Origin: an uncultured Cytophagia bacterium
GTDB taxonomy: Bacteria; Zhuqueibacterota; Zhuqueibacteria; Residuimicrobiales; Residuimicrobiaceae
Reading direction: 5' to 3'
Length of the DNA stretch: 64,000 nt
NCBI GenBank assembly: GCA_964387285.1
Contig: CAYLWO010000009.1
Coordinates: forward strand, 31,756-95,755
The notes below the pieces were generated by a model. That model was not told the origin of the DNA. It did not search any database and saw only the letters and a list, made by a program, of their open reading frames with translations. Positions 1 to 10,806 of this stretch are shown here, piece by piece. Every line of letters begins with the position of its first letter. Position 1 is the first letter of the stretch. The position numbers were made by a program, and so were the translations under genes.

Positions 1-379
1 CACGGCGCGCCAGCGTGCCCATAATATCATCGGCCTCAAAACCGGGCATGGTCAGCAAGGCCACATCCAGAGCTTCCAGCATCTGGCGGATGCGTGGCAG
101 AGTCTGTTGCATGTCTTCCGGCATCTCTTTGCGGGTGGCTTTGTATTCATCAAAGAGGTGATGTCGAAAGGTGGGTTCCGGGGTATCAAAAACCACCGCC
201 AGATATTCGGGCTTTTCAACATCAATGATATTTAACAGCGCCCGGCTGAAACCAAAGACCGTACTGACGTTTTCACCGCGCGAGTTAACCAAAGGATTGC
301 GGATAAAGGCATAGTACGCGCGGTAGGCCAGAGCGGAACCATCCAAAAGAAACAACCGTTTACGAGATGAGGCAGGCAT
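1..379 (-). CDS. polA: DNA polymerase I, N-terminal 5'-3' exonuclease domain (runs off the window start)
   Basis: Manual minus-strand translation from ATG at 379: MPASSRKRLFLLDGSALAYRAYYAFIRNPLVNSRGENVSTVFGF...FRHHLFDEYKATRKEMPED...GFEADDIMGTLA, with the LLDG, YKxxR and EADD motifs of PolA. Confidence 0.95.
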   Translation of the reverse strand, partial: MPASSRKRLFLLDGSALAYRAYYAFIRNPLVNSRGENVSTVFGFSRALLNIIDVEKPEYLAVVFDTPEPTFRHHLFDEYKATRKEMPEDMQQTLPRIRQMLEALDVALLTMPGFEADDIMGTLARR

Positions 380-526
380 AGATTTTCCCAAGTTATTCAT
401 TTAACCTGAAAATGTAACCATAATTTCACTGGCATGCAATGCAAAACTAGTGGCAAATTAAGAATAAAATGATTACATTATTTATTACCGGCTTTTGACT
501 ATCAGGTCCTGCGCAGCAGCCGCTGA

Positions 527-895
527 ATGGACCCTAAACGATCATCAATGGAGAAAATGGATATGCAGAATAATCCGACGCAACAAATAAACGTAGAACT
601 GGGTGAAAAGGAGGCCGAGGGCATCTATTCGAACCTGGCGCTGATCACCCATTCGCCTGCCGAGTTTGTCATGGATTTTACCCGCATGGTGCCGGGCGTT
701 CCCAAAGCGCGCGTTTACGCGCGTATTATCATGACGCCGCAACATGCCAAGTCTTTATTGAACGCACTTAAAGAGAACGTCGGCAAGTACGAAAAACAAT
801 TCGGTGAAATAAAAATATTCGCAGAACAGGCAACGTCGGGGCGCGCCATCGGTTTTCAACCCAATGCCGAAGAAAACGCGGATATCGCCCGCTAA
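527..895 (+). CDS. DUF3467 family protein (true start may be 548 or 560)
   Basis: INVELxExxAEGIYSNLALITHSPAEFVMDF...KARVYARIIMTPQHAKSLLNAL matches the DUF3467 pattern. Confidence 0.85.
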   Translation: MDPKRSSMEKMDMQNNPTQQINVELGEKEAEGIYSNLALITHSPAEFVMDFTRMVPGVPKARVYARIIMTPQHAKSLLNALKENVGKYEKQFGEIKIFAEQATSGRAIGFQPNAEENADIAR

Positions 896-897
896 AG

Positions 898-1443
898 ATG
901 AAACCTTGCAATGTGATTTGGCTTCTGCTGCTGCTCGTTGCCCATTCGTTTGGGCAGGCCGGCCTGGGTTTACAGACAGGCGTATGGAAACCCAGTTCAC
1001 TCGACAAAGAGCCCAACAAACCTTTTACGCCGATAAGCGGCAGCGGTCTGTCCGGTGGGATTCAATTTTCCACTCCGGCATGGCAGGGATTCAGCCTGCA
1101 ATTGGCCGGTTGGGCATGGCAACAATCCATTCCCGGCCAGGATAAAAAAACCACGCTCCTGCATGTATCGTGTGACATCAAGAACCGTTTATTGAGCCAA
1201 TCCTGGATCCGTCCTTATGCCACCTATGGCGCAGCCGTGATCTGGGGAACCGAAGACCGATCTTGTCTGCAAAAAAGCGGTTTGAGCATTAATTTCGGCG
1301 CCGGCATTGATTTCATGATGCAAAAACACTGGGGGCTGGGCTTAGAATATCAATACCTTTATTGTACGATGGACCGTCGATTAGGATTAACCGATGATTA
1401 CAGTGGGCCCAAATTGACGGTCAAGCTTTTATATTTTTATTAG
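898..1443 (+). CDS. Small outer-membrane beta-barrel protein (OmpW/OmpA-like membrane domain)
   Basis: Signal peptide, amphipathic strands, IRPYATYGAA and NFGAGIDF...GLGLEYQY motifs, terminal aromatic residues (YFY). Confidence 0.7.
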   Translation: MKPCNVIWLLLLLVAHSFGQAGLGLQTGVWKPSSLDKEPNKPFTPISGSGLSGGIQFSTPAWQGFSLQLAGWAWQQSIPGQDKKTTLLHVSCDIKNRLLSQSWIRPYATYGAAVIWGTEDRSCLQKSGLSINFGAGIDFMMQKHWGLGLEYQYLYCTMDRRLGLTDDYSGPKLTVKLLYFY

Positions 1444-1740
1444 GCTTGTTTTTTGTTGATGCAGAACTGTTCACAATTGATACATATATTCAACTGCTGC
1501 ACAAGCTGGCAGGGTAAAAGTTTTTTTGCCGCTTACTCACCGAGAGTTTTGTTGGCGCCGCAGCAAATATCCTCTTATTATTATTAGCCCTATCTTTTAG
1601 ATTTCCTGCGCTGACATTCTCATTTATTGCCTTTAATCCTTGTTCTAGGTACAATTTTTGCAGCCAGAGTACAACGTGAATTTTGCATGGCAGCAACCCG
1701 GTAGAGCATCTCTGATATCATACAAAACGGAGGATTCTCC

Positions 1741-4700
1741 TTGAAGTTATATCGCAAGACAGTATGGGGCTTGTTTGCGCTGTTATTTTTGACCAGCGTT
1801 GCTTCAGCGCAAAAAGTATGGAAGATCATGCCGGTCGGCAACTCGATCACGGCCGGTGTCGGCAGCGGCAACAGTTATGGATTTCGCGACGATCTGGCGA
1901 ACAAACTGACCGGTGCAGGCATCAGTTATGAATTTGTCGGACCGGACGGTACGCCATACAACGGTCACTTTTTATCCGGAGCCAAAGTCGAGGATTTTTT
2001 GCCCGGCGGCCCTAAAGACATCACCGTTTCACTCACCACCTATCAGCCGAATATCCTATTGCTTCACCTCGGCACCAACAACCTGACCCATACGGTCGCG
2101 CCCTATTCCAATAATCGCGGCATAACCTATGAAAGCAACGGCTCCGGCTATTTAGCTACCTTACTGCGTTATCTGGCCCAGTACTCCAATGGAACGAAAG
2201 GTTCTTTTCTGGAGCGTGTCCTGGTATGCAAAATCATTCCACGTTTTGACGACAGCGTGATCAGCGCTAATGTAGATTTATATAATGCAGAAATTGAACG
2301 CATGTTCTTTGAAAATCCTCCGTTTGCAAAAATGACCATCGTGGATATGAACAGCATTATGTCGAAATCCGATTACTCGGATACGCGCCATCCCAATGAT
2401 TCCGGATATTTAAAAATGGCGTCCGAATATGCGAATGTGCTCAATGGCGTGGTGCGCACCGACGCCACAGCGCCGGGCGCAGTCGGCAATCTGGTCATTC
2501 AGCCGCTGGACGCGCAAACAGCCGGGTTGAGCTGGACCGCCTCAGGAGACGATGCCTCCAGCGGCCGCGCCAACCTGTATGAATTACGTTACGCCACATA
2601 TCAACTGACCGATAAAAATTTTACTCAGGGGAAACTGGTCTCTTTAAAACGTCCGGCTGTCTCTGGCAGCAAAGAGAGCAAAAGTGTGGACCATTTGGTT
2701 TCCGGACTGACCTATTATTTCGGCATTCGTGTCTATGATGAATGGAATAATCGGAGCGGCGCCAAATATTTTCCACCGGTTGCCATAGAGGGCACAGCCG
2801 GGTACCGCTATTGCGACGATTTCAGCGATGCCACCTTGCCGGATTGGTCGGTGAATCCCTACTTTGAAGTGAATATTGTCGAACAGGACCTGGGCTTAAA
2901 ATCAGGTACGCCGGCTCTGTGGGAATATCTGGCCGCCTTTTCCGCCGCTCGCTATAACAGCACTGCCAAATCGGTTAAAACAACCATGACCTGGTCGCGT
3001 CTGGCTGACAAAAACGGCATGTTCGCCAGCGGCATCGCCATGATGTTGGACAGCCCGAGCTATACCGCCAATGGCTATATGGTTCGATTGCGCAACGGCG
3101 TAATTTATCTCAACGAAATTCGCGCAGGCGTCTTACAGTCCTCTGAAATCCAACGTTACACCAGCACGGCTGCCAATATAACGCCGACGCCGGGCGACTC
3201 TTTGGTTGTGCGCTATTTTCCCGGCGGCCTTTACGGTCATACGTTTGACGTCTATTTGAACAAAACGTACGTCGGTCAGCTGTACGATAAGAATAAAGTC
3301 CAGGGCAATGCCGATCATCTCTATTCAGGCGTCATGTTGTACGGCGGCAACATGATGAACAGCGTTACCAATTTCTGTCTGGAAATTCCGCCGTTAGCCG
3401 CAGATTCCATGCAAACGTTTGTCGGCAATCAGCAGCGGGGGCAAATTACACAACGACTGGCAGAACCGTTGACGGTTAAGGTAACAGATGTCAACGGCAT
3501 CGCGGTGAGCGACGTACCGATCGATTTCGACGTCACTTCAGGCCAAGCTCTGCTCAGCACCGATTCTCTGTCCGCGACCTTTAACGGGAACCTTTGGATG
3601 GAAGCGGAAAAAGGAGAGTTGTCCGGGCCCTATATAAGCAGCAACGCTATTGAAGCTTCCAAAAGCGAATTTATCTATGTGCCGCAGGACATAAATCGTG
3701 AAAAAGGCAAGGCCGCCTACTCTTTTTATAACATCAAGGCCGGCACATTCCGACTGTGGCTGAGGGTGATGGCGCAGGATGGCAGCCACAACTCGTGCTT
3801 TTTCAGCGTGAATGGTTCCGACACGCTGCAATTCGATTTCAGCGGCAATTTTGGCGCCTATGCCTGGTACCCGTACAACAGTCGTTCCTTTTCTTTGCCG
3901 CAGGGCTTTATTAATTTTGCCATAAAAAATCGCGAGTCCAACACACGCATCGATAAAATTTTGCTTACCAATAATTCGTCCTACATCCCCAGCGGCCCGG
4001 GTGAAACGACGCAAAGATTTTCCAATCTGACGGACGAAGGCGGTCTGGCTTATACTTTTCTTACTTTTACCACTGCGGCCGGCGCCGTTCAAGTAAAAGC
4101 CACAGCTGCGAATATACCGAATGGGTCTCCGCAGACTTTTAACATTTATGCCGACGCGTTAGATCCGCAAACCATGATTTACGCATCGGAAAGGGTCTTG
4201 TCCGATACAGTCGGGCAGTCCATGAGCGCCCCGTTCAGCGTGCGCATGCAGGACAAGTACAGCAACAATTGCGTCGGCATAGCCGTTGATTTTACGGTAA
4301 CCGATGGAGACGGCATGTTCGGCGGACAAAATACCATTCGCGTTACCTCCGACAACAACGGCGTTGCCTCTGCTTATCTGACGCTCGGCTATAAATCAAC
4401 CGGATCAAAAATAAAAGCCCAGTTAGTCGATTTCCCCGGAATTCCATCACTGACTTTTGAAGCGATTCCGGACAAAGAGGGCGTGCCTATTGAAATAGTG
4501 GCAATCAAAGGAAAGGGTCAAAAAGGTACGGTGCATGCACCGCTCGCCGACTCTTTGATTGTCCAGGTTTTGGATCGCAACAGCAGGCCGGTTTACAAAT
4601 ATCCGGTGCCGTTTAAAATCACCAAAGGCAACGGCTCTTTTAACGGCCTGGGCAAATCTTTTACGGATTCTACAAATATTTATGGAAAAGCGCATGCCCG

Positions 4701-7700
4701 CTTTGTCCTCGGTGATACCGCAGGTACGGCTAACAATCAAGTTACGATCGATGTTGCGTTGAATGGCGCTCCCATTATCTTTACAGCTGACGCCTTACCG
4801 GACATTCCAGCCGCTTTTACCATTCAGGCGGGAAATTCACAGGTTTGGTATGCAGGTGAGACTTTTCCCACGCCACTTACCGTTAAACTGGCTGATCGAT
4901 ACGGCAACGGACGCAAAGGTTTTGGAGTCAAGTTTACTTTGTTGCCGGAAACAGGCAACGGCAATTTCTCCGGCCAGGACACCATTACCGTCGCTACCGA
5001 CAGCCTGGGTCTGGCCGGCGTATATTACAATGCCGGCAACATCGAAGGCATCAATCAAGTGCGTGCAGAGGTCGCCTCTTCGCTGAACATCCCGGCGGTT
5101 TTGTTTTCCAGCCTGACGGTGCAGCCGCCAAAACCAAATCGCATTCTTGAAGTCAGCGGCAATTATCAGGATGGCGTGGTCAACACGACATTGAATCAAC
5201 CTTTCAAGGTCAAAGTCATCGATCCTTTCGGCCAGACCAAAGCCAATGTCAAGCTGCTTGCCCGCGTCACCGCCGGCGGCGGTAAGGTTAACGATCTGGA
5301 TTCTGTGTTGATCGTCACCGATGAAAACGGTCTCGCCCAGGTTACGTTGCGCACGGGTACGCAAAGCGGTTATAACAACCAAATCGTGCGCATTCGCAGT
5401 GTGGATTATAATTTGCAGCCGGTGGAATTTTATGCCACTGCGGTGGCTGGGAAAGCGCATCAAATGGCTGCGGTGAGCGATCTTTATTTTTCAGAAAAGG
5501 CAGAAGCCCTGGCGCCGCTGCAAATCATTATCAAGGATGAATTCGGCAACCCCAAAGCAGGACAAGCGGTCGCTTTTTCAATCACAGAAGGCAACGGCAG
5601 CTTTGATCAGAACCAGACGCAGATACAATCGACCACCGGGCAAAGCGGCGTTGCAGTCGCCAACTACCATATGGGCACCAGCACGTCCATCAGTAATGTT
5701 ATTATCGCTGAATCCGTCAACTCGGACGGCGTTCCCTTGTTGGCAAGTCCGCTTACGTTTGTCGGCACTGTGATCGCCGGTGCGCCCGGACAGATGGTCG
5801 CTGTGCTGGATGGCGATTACAGCGGCCCGGTCCTTTCCCTGCTGTCCAAGCCGTTCGTCGCGCAAGTGCGCGATGTCTATGGCAATCCGGTACAACACGG
5901 CGTCATCGTTAATTTCAAGGTGACCGCCGGCGGCGGCGCATTCGGAACCGATCAGGAAATCGATATGGCCACGGATGAAAATGGTCAGGCTCAGGCCTAT
6001 CTGCGGCTCGGACCCGTTGCCGGAATGAACAACAATCGCGTCACCGCAACAGTCCGAGATTATGCCCAAATCAGCCAGGTGAATTTCAGCGCTTCAGCAC
6101 TGGCCGATGCGCCTGATCAAATCGTGCTCAGCAGCGACAGCGTTTTCTCCGGCAAAGTAAAAGCGGAATTCAATCCCGCGGTGCAGGTGACTGATCTGCG
6201 CGGAAATCCCATAAATAATTTCCCCGTGCTCTTTAAAGTGATGGCCGGCGGCGGCAAGCTGAAAGGCGTCACCTCAGGCCAATGGCAGGACACTGTGCGC
6301 GTTCTGACGGATCTGGATGGCCGGGCCGCGGCACGCTGGCAATTCGGCGTCAAACCGGACAGCAACCTGGTTTATGCCTTTGGGCTTTATGAAGGAAATC
6401 AATTGACCAACTCGCCCATCATATTCCGCGGCTGGGCCACGCCGGAAGAGGCGCAATACCTGGTGCGGGTTTCCGCCTTAACCGACACCGGCGTGGTAAA
6501 TAATCCCGTAACCCGTCCGCTTCAGGTTCGGGTCACAGATAGAAACGGCAATCTCGTGCCCAATCATCCGGTGCTGTTCGAGGTGATCTATCCGAGTGTT
6601 AACGAGGGCCAGGGGAAATTGTATACGCAAACGGATATGAGCGACACCAGCGGTCAAAAAACGCTCTCCACCGACAGCAAGGGTCTTGTTCAGGTTTATT
6701 TCTTGTTAAGCAAACGACCAGGACCCAATTACATCAAAGCGACTTCGCGTTTCAGCAACAGCACGCAAGCACTTTTCGGTTCACCGATCAACTTTCATAT
6801 TGAAGGAATGTCCAGCCCGGCGAAAAAATTGCTGCTGTTAACCGCTTCGACTCTAACCGGCTCGGTGCAATCCACGCATCGAGTGAGTGCAAAGGCTGTG
6901 GATGTCCTCGGCGGACCGGTCATGGGGCATCCGGTGCAATTCAAAACTCTTGATGAAAACAGCACTCTGAACGGCAGCACCAACCGCTGGGTTGCCGTGA
7001 ACACCGGTAACGACGGCGTCGCTTCGGTAGACTGGACTTTAGGCAAGCAGTCCGGCGCCAATAAAAATTCTCTGGAAATAAGTTCGCCGCCTCTGGAAAA
7101 TTCACCTTTCACAATCAAAGCAAACGTGACAGCCGGTCCGGCCTCCGCCAGGCACAGCCAAGTCGTCACGATCGCAGACTCGGTGGCTGCCAATAATCTT
7201 GCTCAGGCACAAGTGCAGGTAACAGTGATGGATAGCCTGAAAAATGCCATTTCCGGCGCGTCTGTGACCTGGTTGACCAATGATCAGGGGTTGCAGTTCA
7301 ATCAGACCAATTCGACAACCGGCAGCGATGGTCGTGCCGTTGTGTTCGTCCGTTCGACCATCAGCGGCAAAAAATCCATTTCCTGTCGTATTAACAGTCA
7401 AATCCCGTTTACGCTTTGCTGTGCACCTGTGACCTTCATGCCCGGCGCTGTGGCCAAGTTGCTGGTCTATCACGGCGACGGGATGATCGGTAACGTCGGT
7501 ACTGCTTTGCACGATTCTTTAGCGGTGCGGGTTCTGGACGCCAATAATAATCCGATTCCCAACAGTACGGTGTTGTTCACCGTGCAATCAGGCGGCGGAT
7601 TTTTCCTAGAGTCCATGCTCATCACACAAACCGATGTGACGGACGCCAATGGCGTCAGCCGCGTCTTTTTGGTGCTGGGTAAACAGATCAATCTGGACAA

Positions 7701-9825
7701 TGTCGTGCTGGCCAGTATCGGCAATTTGCAAACAATCATCACGTGTAAAACAAGATCAGCAAGCGCGGCCTATATCTATAAACATCAGGAAAAATCTTTA
7801 CAGGGCGCTGTCGGCGAACTGTTGGCCGATCCTTTGCTGGTGCGCGTTGAGGACAGCAGCGCGAATCCGGTTTGGAACGCAACCGTTACCTTTACCCCCA
7901 GCGATTCCGACGGCGTTATCACCTCGACCAATCCGGTCAAAACCGATTATCTTGGTTTGGCGCAGGTGCGCTATCAACTCGGTCATAAGGCGGGGGATCG
8001 CTTTGTCACGGCTCGCTGCACCGGTGCACAGAACTCGGCTACGTTTATGGTTCGGGCGGTAGGAAAAAATCCCGCGCAAATGATTTTATTGTCCGGCAAC
8101 AACCAGCAGGCCAAAGCCGGTCAACAATTGGCGCAGCCGTTTAAAGTGCAGGTGCGCGATGAATACGGCAATGGCGTTGCCAACAGTCCGATTATATTTA
8201 AACTGGTTGAAGGCAAGGGCGCGACCATTGTCGGTCCGGATACGGTGGTGACCGACCTGCAAGGCTTGGGTCAGTGCCAGGTGTTGCTGGGCGCCAAGAC
8301 CGGCGACTATGCATTTTTAGCGACTTGCCCCTCTTTAGCAGGGCAGGCGCTGTTATTTCAATGCCATGCTTTGCCGGATGTGGCCTATAAACTTGACCGA
8401 CCGGCAGGAACGCTGTCTCATGACAACCAACAGATGACGATCGGCCGCGAATTGTTGTTGCCCATTGTGGCGGCTGTTCAGGATAAATATAATAATCCGG
8501 TCAAAAACGAACTGGTGCAATTCACGGTTGTGGAAAACGACGGCTATTTCATCAATCCCAAAGCGATGTCGGATGATTCGGGCCGCGTATACGGCCGCTG
8601 GGTGTTGGGCAAAAAAGCGGGCGTGAACAAAGCCATGGCGTATCGGCTGGGATTGTACAACAGCCCCATCGCCTTTACCGCAACCGGCGTACTCAACAAC
8701 TTTCCTGAATTTTACGATCTGCCGGCGTATCAACAAACATTGGAATACAACCAGCTGCTCAGTTTTACCGTCAAGGCCAGGGATGCGGACGATGATCCTT
8801 TGCATTACAGTCTGAAAATCAAACCCAATCCAACCAATGCCGTGTTTGATTCTTCAGGCAGCCGGCTCTTTTACTGGACGCCCACGGTTCGGCAAAAAGG
8901 GACCTGGAAATTTCATTTGAGCGTCCAGGATAATAAAGGCGGATTCGATATTGATTCGTTGCTGGTCAAAGTGACGGGAGATTCAGCGCCGGTGATCACC
9001 AGTTTGTATCCGGCCTGCGGAGTGCCCCTGAGCCTGACCAAACCGGATAGCACGGTGTTCACCTGTGCGGCCGTGGATTATGACGGCGATCCGTTGACGT
9101 TCCGCTGGTTCGTCAACGGTATTGCCTTCGAAGGCGCCCGCTTTGTATTCCGCAGCACGCAGTATCCGAAAGGCAGTCTGCGCATCTGGGCGGAGGTTAG
9201 CGACGGCATAAAAACGACCAAGTCCTGTGAATGGACCATGCTGGTGACGCAAGTGCAGCTCAATTTATTCCAGGCACAGTCCGAACCATTCAGCGGCGTT
9301 CATCTAAACTGGCAGACAGCGGCCGAGAATAACAATCTCGGTTTTGACGTGTTACGCAGCATCAACGAGCACAGCGGTTATCAGCGACTTTCCGACAAAC
9401 TGATCGCCTGCCGTTCAGACGGCGCTTATAATTTTGTCGACAGCAGCGCCGTGGCCGGCATCACCTATTATTACAAACTGCTGGATCTCGATTTGAACGG
9501 AATCCGCACCGAACACGGACCGGTCTGCGTCTCGATGGCTGTGCCGAATGCATTTGCGGTCATGCAGAACTATCCCAATCCGTTCAATCCGGAAACACGC
9601 ATCCGTTTTCAACTGCCGGCTGCCGCACGCACGCGCATTGCCATATTCAACACTTTGGGGCAACTGGTCAGACAGCTGACCGATACAACCTTGCCGGCCG
9701 GATATCATGAATTCAAATGGGACGGCAAGGACGAGCAGGGCTTGCGGACCAGTTCCGGCGTTTATTACTATCGCGTTGAAGCCGGCGTTCATCGTTCCAT
9801 TAAAAAGATGGTGATGTTGAAATAG
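1741..9825 (+). CDS. Giant secreted surface protein: SGNH/GDSL esterase, FN3, lectin-like region, about 15 Big_1 Ig repeats, cadherin-like Ig, FlgD/T9SS-type C-terminal sorting domain
   Basis: TTG start after GGAGG; signal peptide; MPVGNSIT, GTNN and DTRHPN SGNH blocks; repeated VxVxDxxGN...V.F...G.G...TDxxGxA units; QNYPNPFNP tail. Confidence 0.85.
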   Translation: MKLYRKTVWGLFALLFLTSVASAQKVWKIMPVGNSITAGVGSGNSYGFRDDLANKLTGAGISYEFVGPDGTPYNGHFLSGAKVEDFLPGGPKDITVSLTTYQPNILLLHLGTNNLTHTVAPYSNNRGITYESNGSGYLATLLRYLAQYSNGTKGSFLERVLVCKIIPRFDDSVISANVDLYNAEIERMFFENPPFAKMTIVDMNSIMSKSDYSDTRHPNDSGYLKMASEYANVLNGVVRTDATAPGAVGNLVIQPLDAQTAGLSWTASGDDASSGRANLYELRYATYQLTDKNFTQGKLVSLKRPAVSGSKESKSVDHLVSGLTYYFGIRVYDEWNNRSGAKYFPPVAIEGTAGYRYCDDFSDATLPDWSVNPYFEVNIVEQDLGLKSGTPALWEYLAAFSAARYNSTAKSVKTTMTWSRLADKNGMFASGIAMMLDSPSYTANGYMVRLRNGVIYLNEIRAGVLQSSEIQRYTSTAANITPTPGDSLVVRYFPGGLYGHTFDVYLNKTYVGQLYDKNKVQGNADHLYSGVMLYGGNMMNSVTNFCLEIPPLAADSMQTFVGNQQRGQITQRLAEPLTVKVTDVNGIAVSDVPIDFDVTSGQALLSTDSLSATFNGNLWMEAEKGELSGPYISSNAIEASKSEFIYVPQDINREKGKAAYSFYNIKAGTFRLWLRVMAQDGSHNSCFFSVNGSDTLQFDFSGNFGAYAWYPYNSRSFSLPQGFINFAIKNRESNTRIDKILLTNNSSYIPSGPGETTQRFSNLTDEGGLAYTFLTFTTAAGAVQVKATAANIPNGSPQTFNIYADALDPQTMIYASERVLSDTVGQSMSAPFSVRMQDKYSNNCVGIAVDFTVTDGDGMFGGQNTIRVTSDNNGVASAYLTLGYKSTGSKIKAQLVDFPGIPSLTFEAIPDKEGVPIEIVAIKGKGQKGTVHAPLADSLIVQVLDRNSRPVYKYPVPFKITKGNGSFNGLGKSFTDSTNIYGKAHARFVLGDTAGTANNQVTIDVALNGAPIIFTADALPDIPAAFTIQAGNSQVWYAGETFPTPLTVKLADRYGNGRKGFGVKFTLLPETGNGNFSGQDTITVATDSLGLAGVYYNAGNIEGINQVRAEVASSLNIPAVLFSSLTVQPPKPNRILEVSGNYQDGVVNTTLNQPFKVKVIDPFGQTKANVKLLARVTAGGGKVNDLDSVLIVTDENGLAQVTLRTGTQSGYNNQIVRIRSVDYNLQPVEFYATAVAGKAHQMAAVSDLYFSEKAEALAPLQIIIKDEFGNPKAGQAVAFSITEGNGSFDQNQTQIQSTTGQSGVAVANYHMGTSTSISNVIIAESVNSDGVPLLASPLTFVGTVIAGAPGQMVAVLDGDYSGPVLSLLSKPFVAQVRDVYGNPVQHGVIVNFKVTAGGGAFGTDQEIDMATDENGQAQAYLRLGPVAGMNNNRVTATVRDYAQISQVNFSASALADAPDQIVLSSDSVFSGKVKAEFNPAVQVTDLRGNPINNFPVLFKVMAGGGKLKGVTSGQWQDTVRVLTDLDGRAAARWQFGVKPDSNLVYAFGLYEGNQLTNSPIIFRGWATPEEAQYLVRVSALTDTGVVNNPVTRPLQVRVTDRNGNLVPNHPVLFEVIYPSVNEGQGKLYTQTDMSDTSGQKTLSTDSKGLVQVYFLLSKRPGPNYIKATSRFSNSTQALFGSPINFHIEGMSSPAKKLLLLTASTLTGSVQSTHRVSAKAVDVLGGPVMGHPVQFKTLDENSTLNGSTNRWVAVNTGNDGVASVDWTLGKQSGANKNSLEISSPPLENSPFTIKANVTAGPASARHSQVVTIADSVAANNLAQAQVQVTVMDSLKNAISGASVTWLTNDQGLQFNQTNSTTGSDGRAVVFVRSTISGKKSISCRINSQIPFTLCCAPVTFMPGAVAKLLVYHGDGMIGNVGTALHDSLAVRVLDANNNPIPNSTVLFTVQSGGGFFLESMLITQTDVTDANGVSRVFLVLGKQINLDNVVLASIGNLQTIITCKTRSASAAYIYKHQEKSLQGAVGELLADPLLVRVEDSSANPVWNATVTFTPSDSDGVITSTNPVKTDYLGLAQVRYQLGHKAGDRFVTARCTGAQNSATFMVRAVGKNPAQMILLSGNNQQAKAGQQLAQPFKVQVRDEYGNGVANSPIIFKLVEGKGATIVGPDTVVTDLQGLGQCQVLLGAKTGDYAFLATCPSLAGQALLFQCHALPDVAYKLDRPAGTLSHDNQQMTIGRELLLPIVAAVQDKYNNPVKNELVQFTVVENDGYFINPKAMSDDSGRVYGRWVLGKKAGVNKAMAYRLGLYNSPIAFTATGVLNNFPEFYDLPAYQQTLEYNQLLSFTVKARDADDDPLHYSLKIKPNPTNAVFDSSGSRLFYWTPTVRQKGTWKFHLSVQDNKGGFDIDSLLVKVTGDSAPVITSLYPACGVPLSLTKPDSTVFTCAAVDYDGDPLTFRWFVNGIAFEGARFVFRSTQYPKGSLRIWAEVSDGIKTTKSCEWTMLVTQVQLNLFQAQSEPFSGVHLNWQTAAENNNLGFDVLRSINEHSGYQRLSDKLIACRSDGAYNFVDSSAVAGITYYYKLLDLDLNGIRTEHGPVCVSMAVPNAFAVMQNYPNPFNPETRIRFQLPAAARTRIAIFNTLGQLVRQLTDTTLPAGYHEFKWDGKDEQGLRTSSGVYYYRVEAGVHRSIKKMVMLK

Positions 9826-9897
9826 TTTTCCGCTTTATTTTTTCTGCAATAATTCCTATATTATGGTTATAAATCATTTCCAACTTGGAGATTTCTT

Positions 9898-10785
9898 TTG
9901 TCATACATGGGTCAAATTGCCGCGTTAACCGCGGCTTTTTTTTGGAGCGGCACAGCCATCATGTTCAGCGCAGCCGGCAGACGCATCGGCGCCATGTCCA
10001 CCAATTTGTTGCGCATTTTACTGGGCTCGTTGTTGCTTTGTACTACGCTTTGGCTGACAAGCGGCCGTTTTTATCCTCTGCAGGCAACAGCCGAGCAAAT
10101 GAAATGGCTGGCGCTCAGCGGAGTGGTCGGCTTGTCCATAGGCGACGGCGCCTTGTTCGTATGCATGGTGATCCTGGGTCCGCGCATTTCCACCCTGCTT
10201 TTATCTCTGGCACCGACTATCACAACCTTGATCGCCTGGCTGTTCTTAAGTGAGAAATTGGGATTGGTCTCGTTATTGGGGATTTTGCTGACATTGGCCG
10301 GCATCTACTGGGTGGTTATGGAAGAACACAACGAGCCGGTCCATGGTTCGAAAACCCTGGGGCTCATTATGGGCATCATTGCTGCATTGGGTCAAGGAGT
10401 AGGGATCATCTTTGCGAAAAAAGCCCTGTCTACGGATATTGACGCATTGTCCGCCACTGTTCTGCGCATGGTTCCGGCAACAGCCGTATTGTGGGCGTAC
10501 GCCTTGTTGTTCGGTAAAGTGAAAGAGGTGTTTACCAAGCTGCAAGATCGGCGTGCAGGCCTGGGCCTGTTAGGCGGTTCTATATTTGGCCCGTTTCTCG
10601 GCATCTGGTTATCCATTGTTGCCGTTAAATATACGGAAGCGGGTGTAGCAGCAACGCTGCTGGCTACCGTACCGATCATGATCATACCGCTCAACTATGT
10701 GCTTTATAAAATCAAACCTTCGCCAAGAACGATGCTCGGTACGCTGATTGCCGTAGGCGGCGTCGCACTTTTGTTTTTGCGCTAG
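9898..10785 (+). CDS. DMT/EamA family transporter
   Basis: About 10 hydrophobic segments in two repeats; AAFFWS and LLSLAP motifs; TTG start 7 nt after GGAG. Confidence 0.9.
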   Translation: MSYMGQIAALTAAFFWSGTAIMFSAAGRRIGAMSTNLLRILLGSLLLCTTLWLTSGRFYPLQATAEQMKWLALSGVVGLSIGDGALFVCMVILGPRISTLLLSLAPTITTLIAWLFLSEKLGLVSLLGILLTLAGIYWVVMEEHNEPVHGSKTLGLIMGIIAALGQGVGIIFAKKALSTDIDALSATVLRMVPATAVLWAYALLFGKVKEVFTKLQDRRAGLGLLGGSIFGPFLGIWLSIVAVKYTEAGVAATLLATVPIMIIPLNYVLYKIKPSPRTMLGTLIAVGGVALLFLR

Positions 10786-10806
10786 TGCCCCGGCAGGCAT
10801 GCGGGC

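Noticed and set aside
1444-1740. Riboswitch or sRNA in the 300-bp leader of the giant gene
   Set aside because: No conserved aptamer motif or strong structure recognised by eye; an Rfam/Infernal scan would settle it
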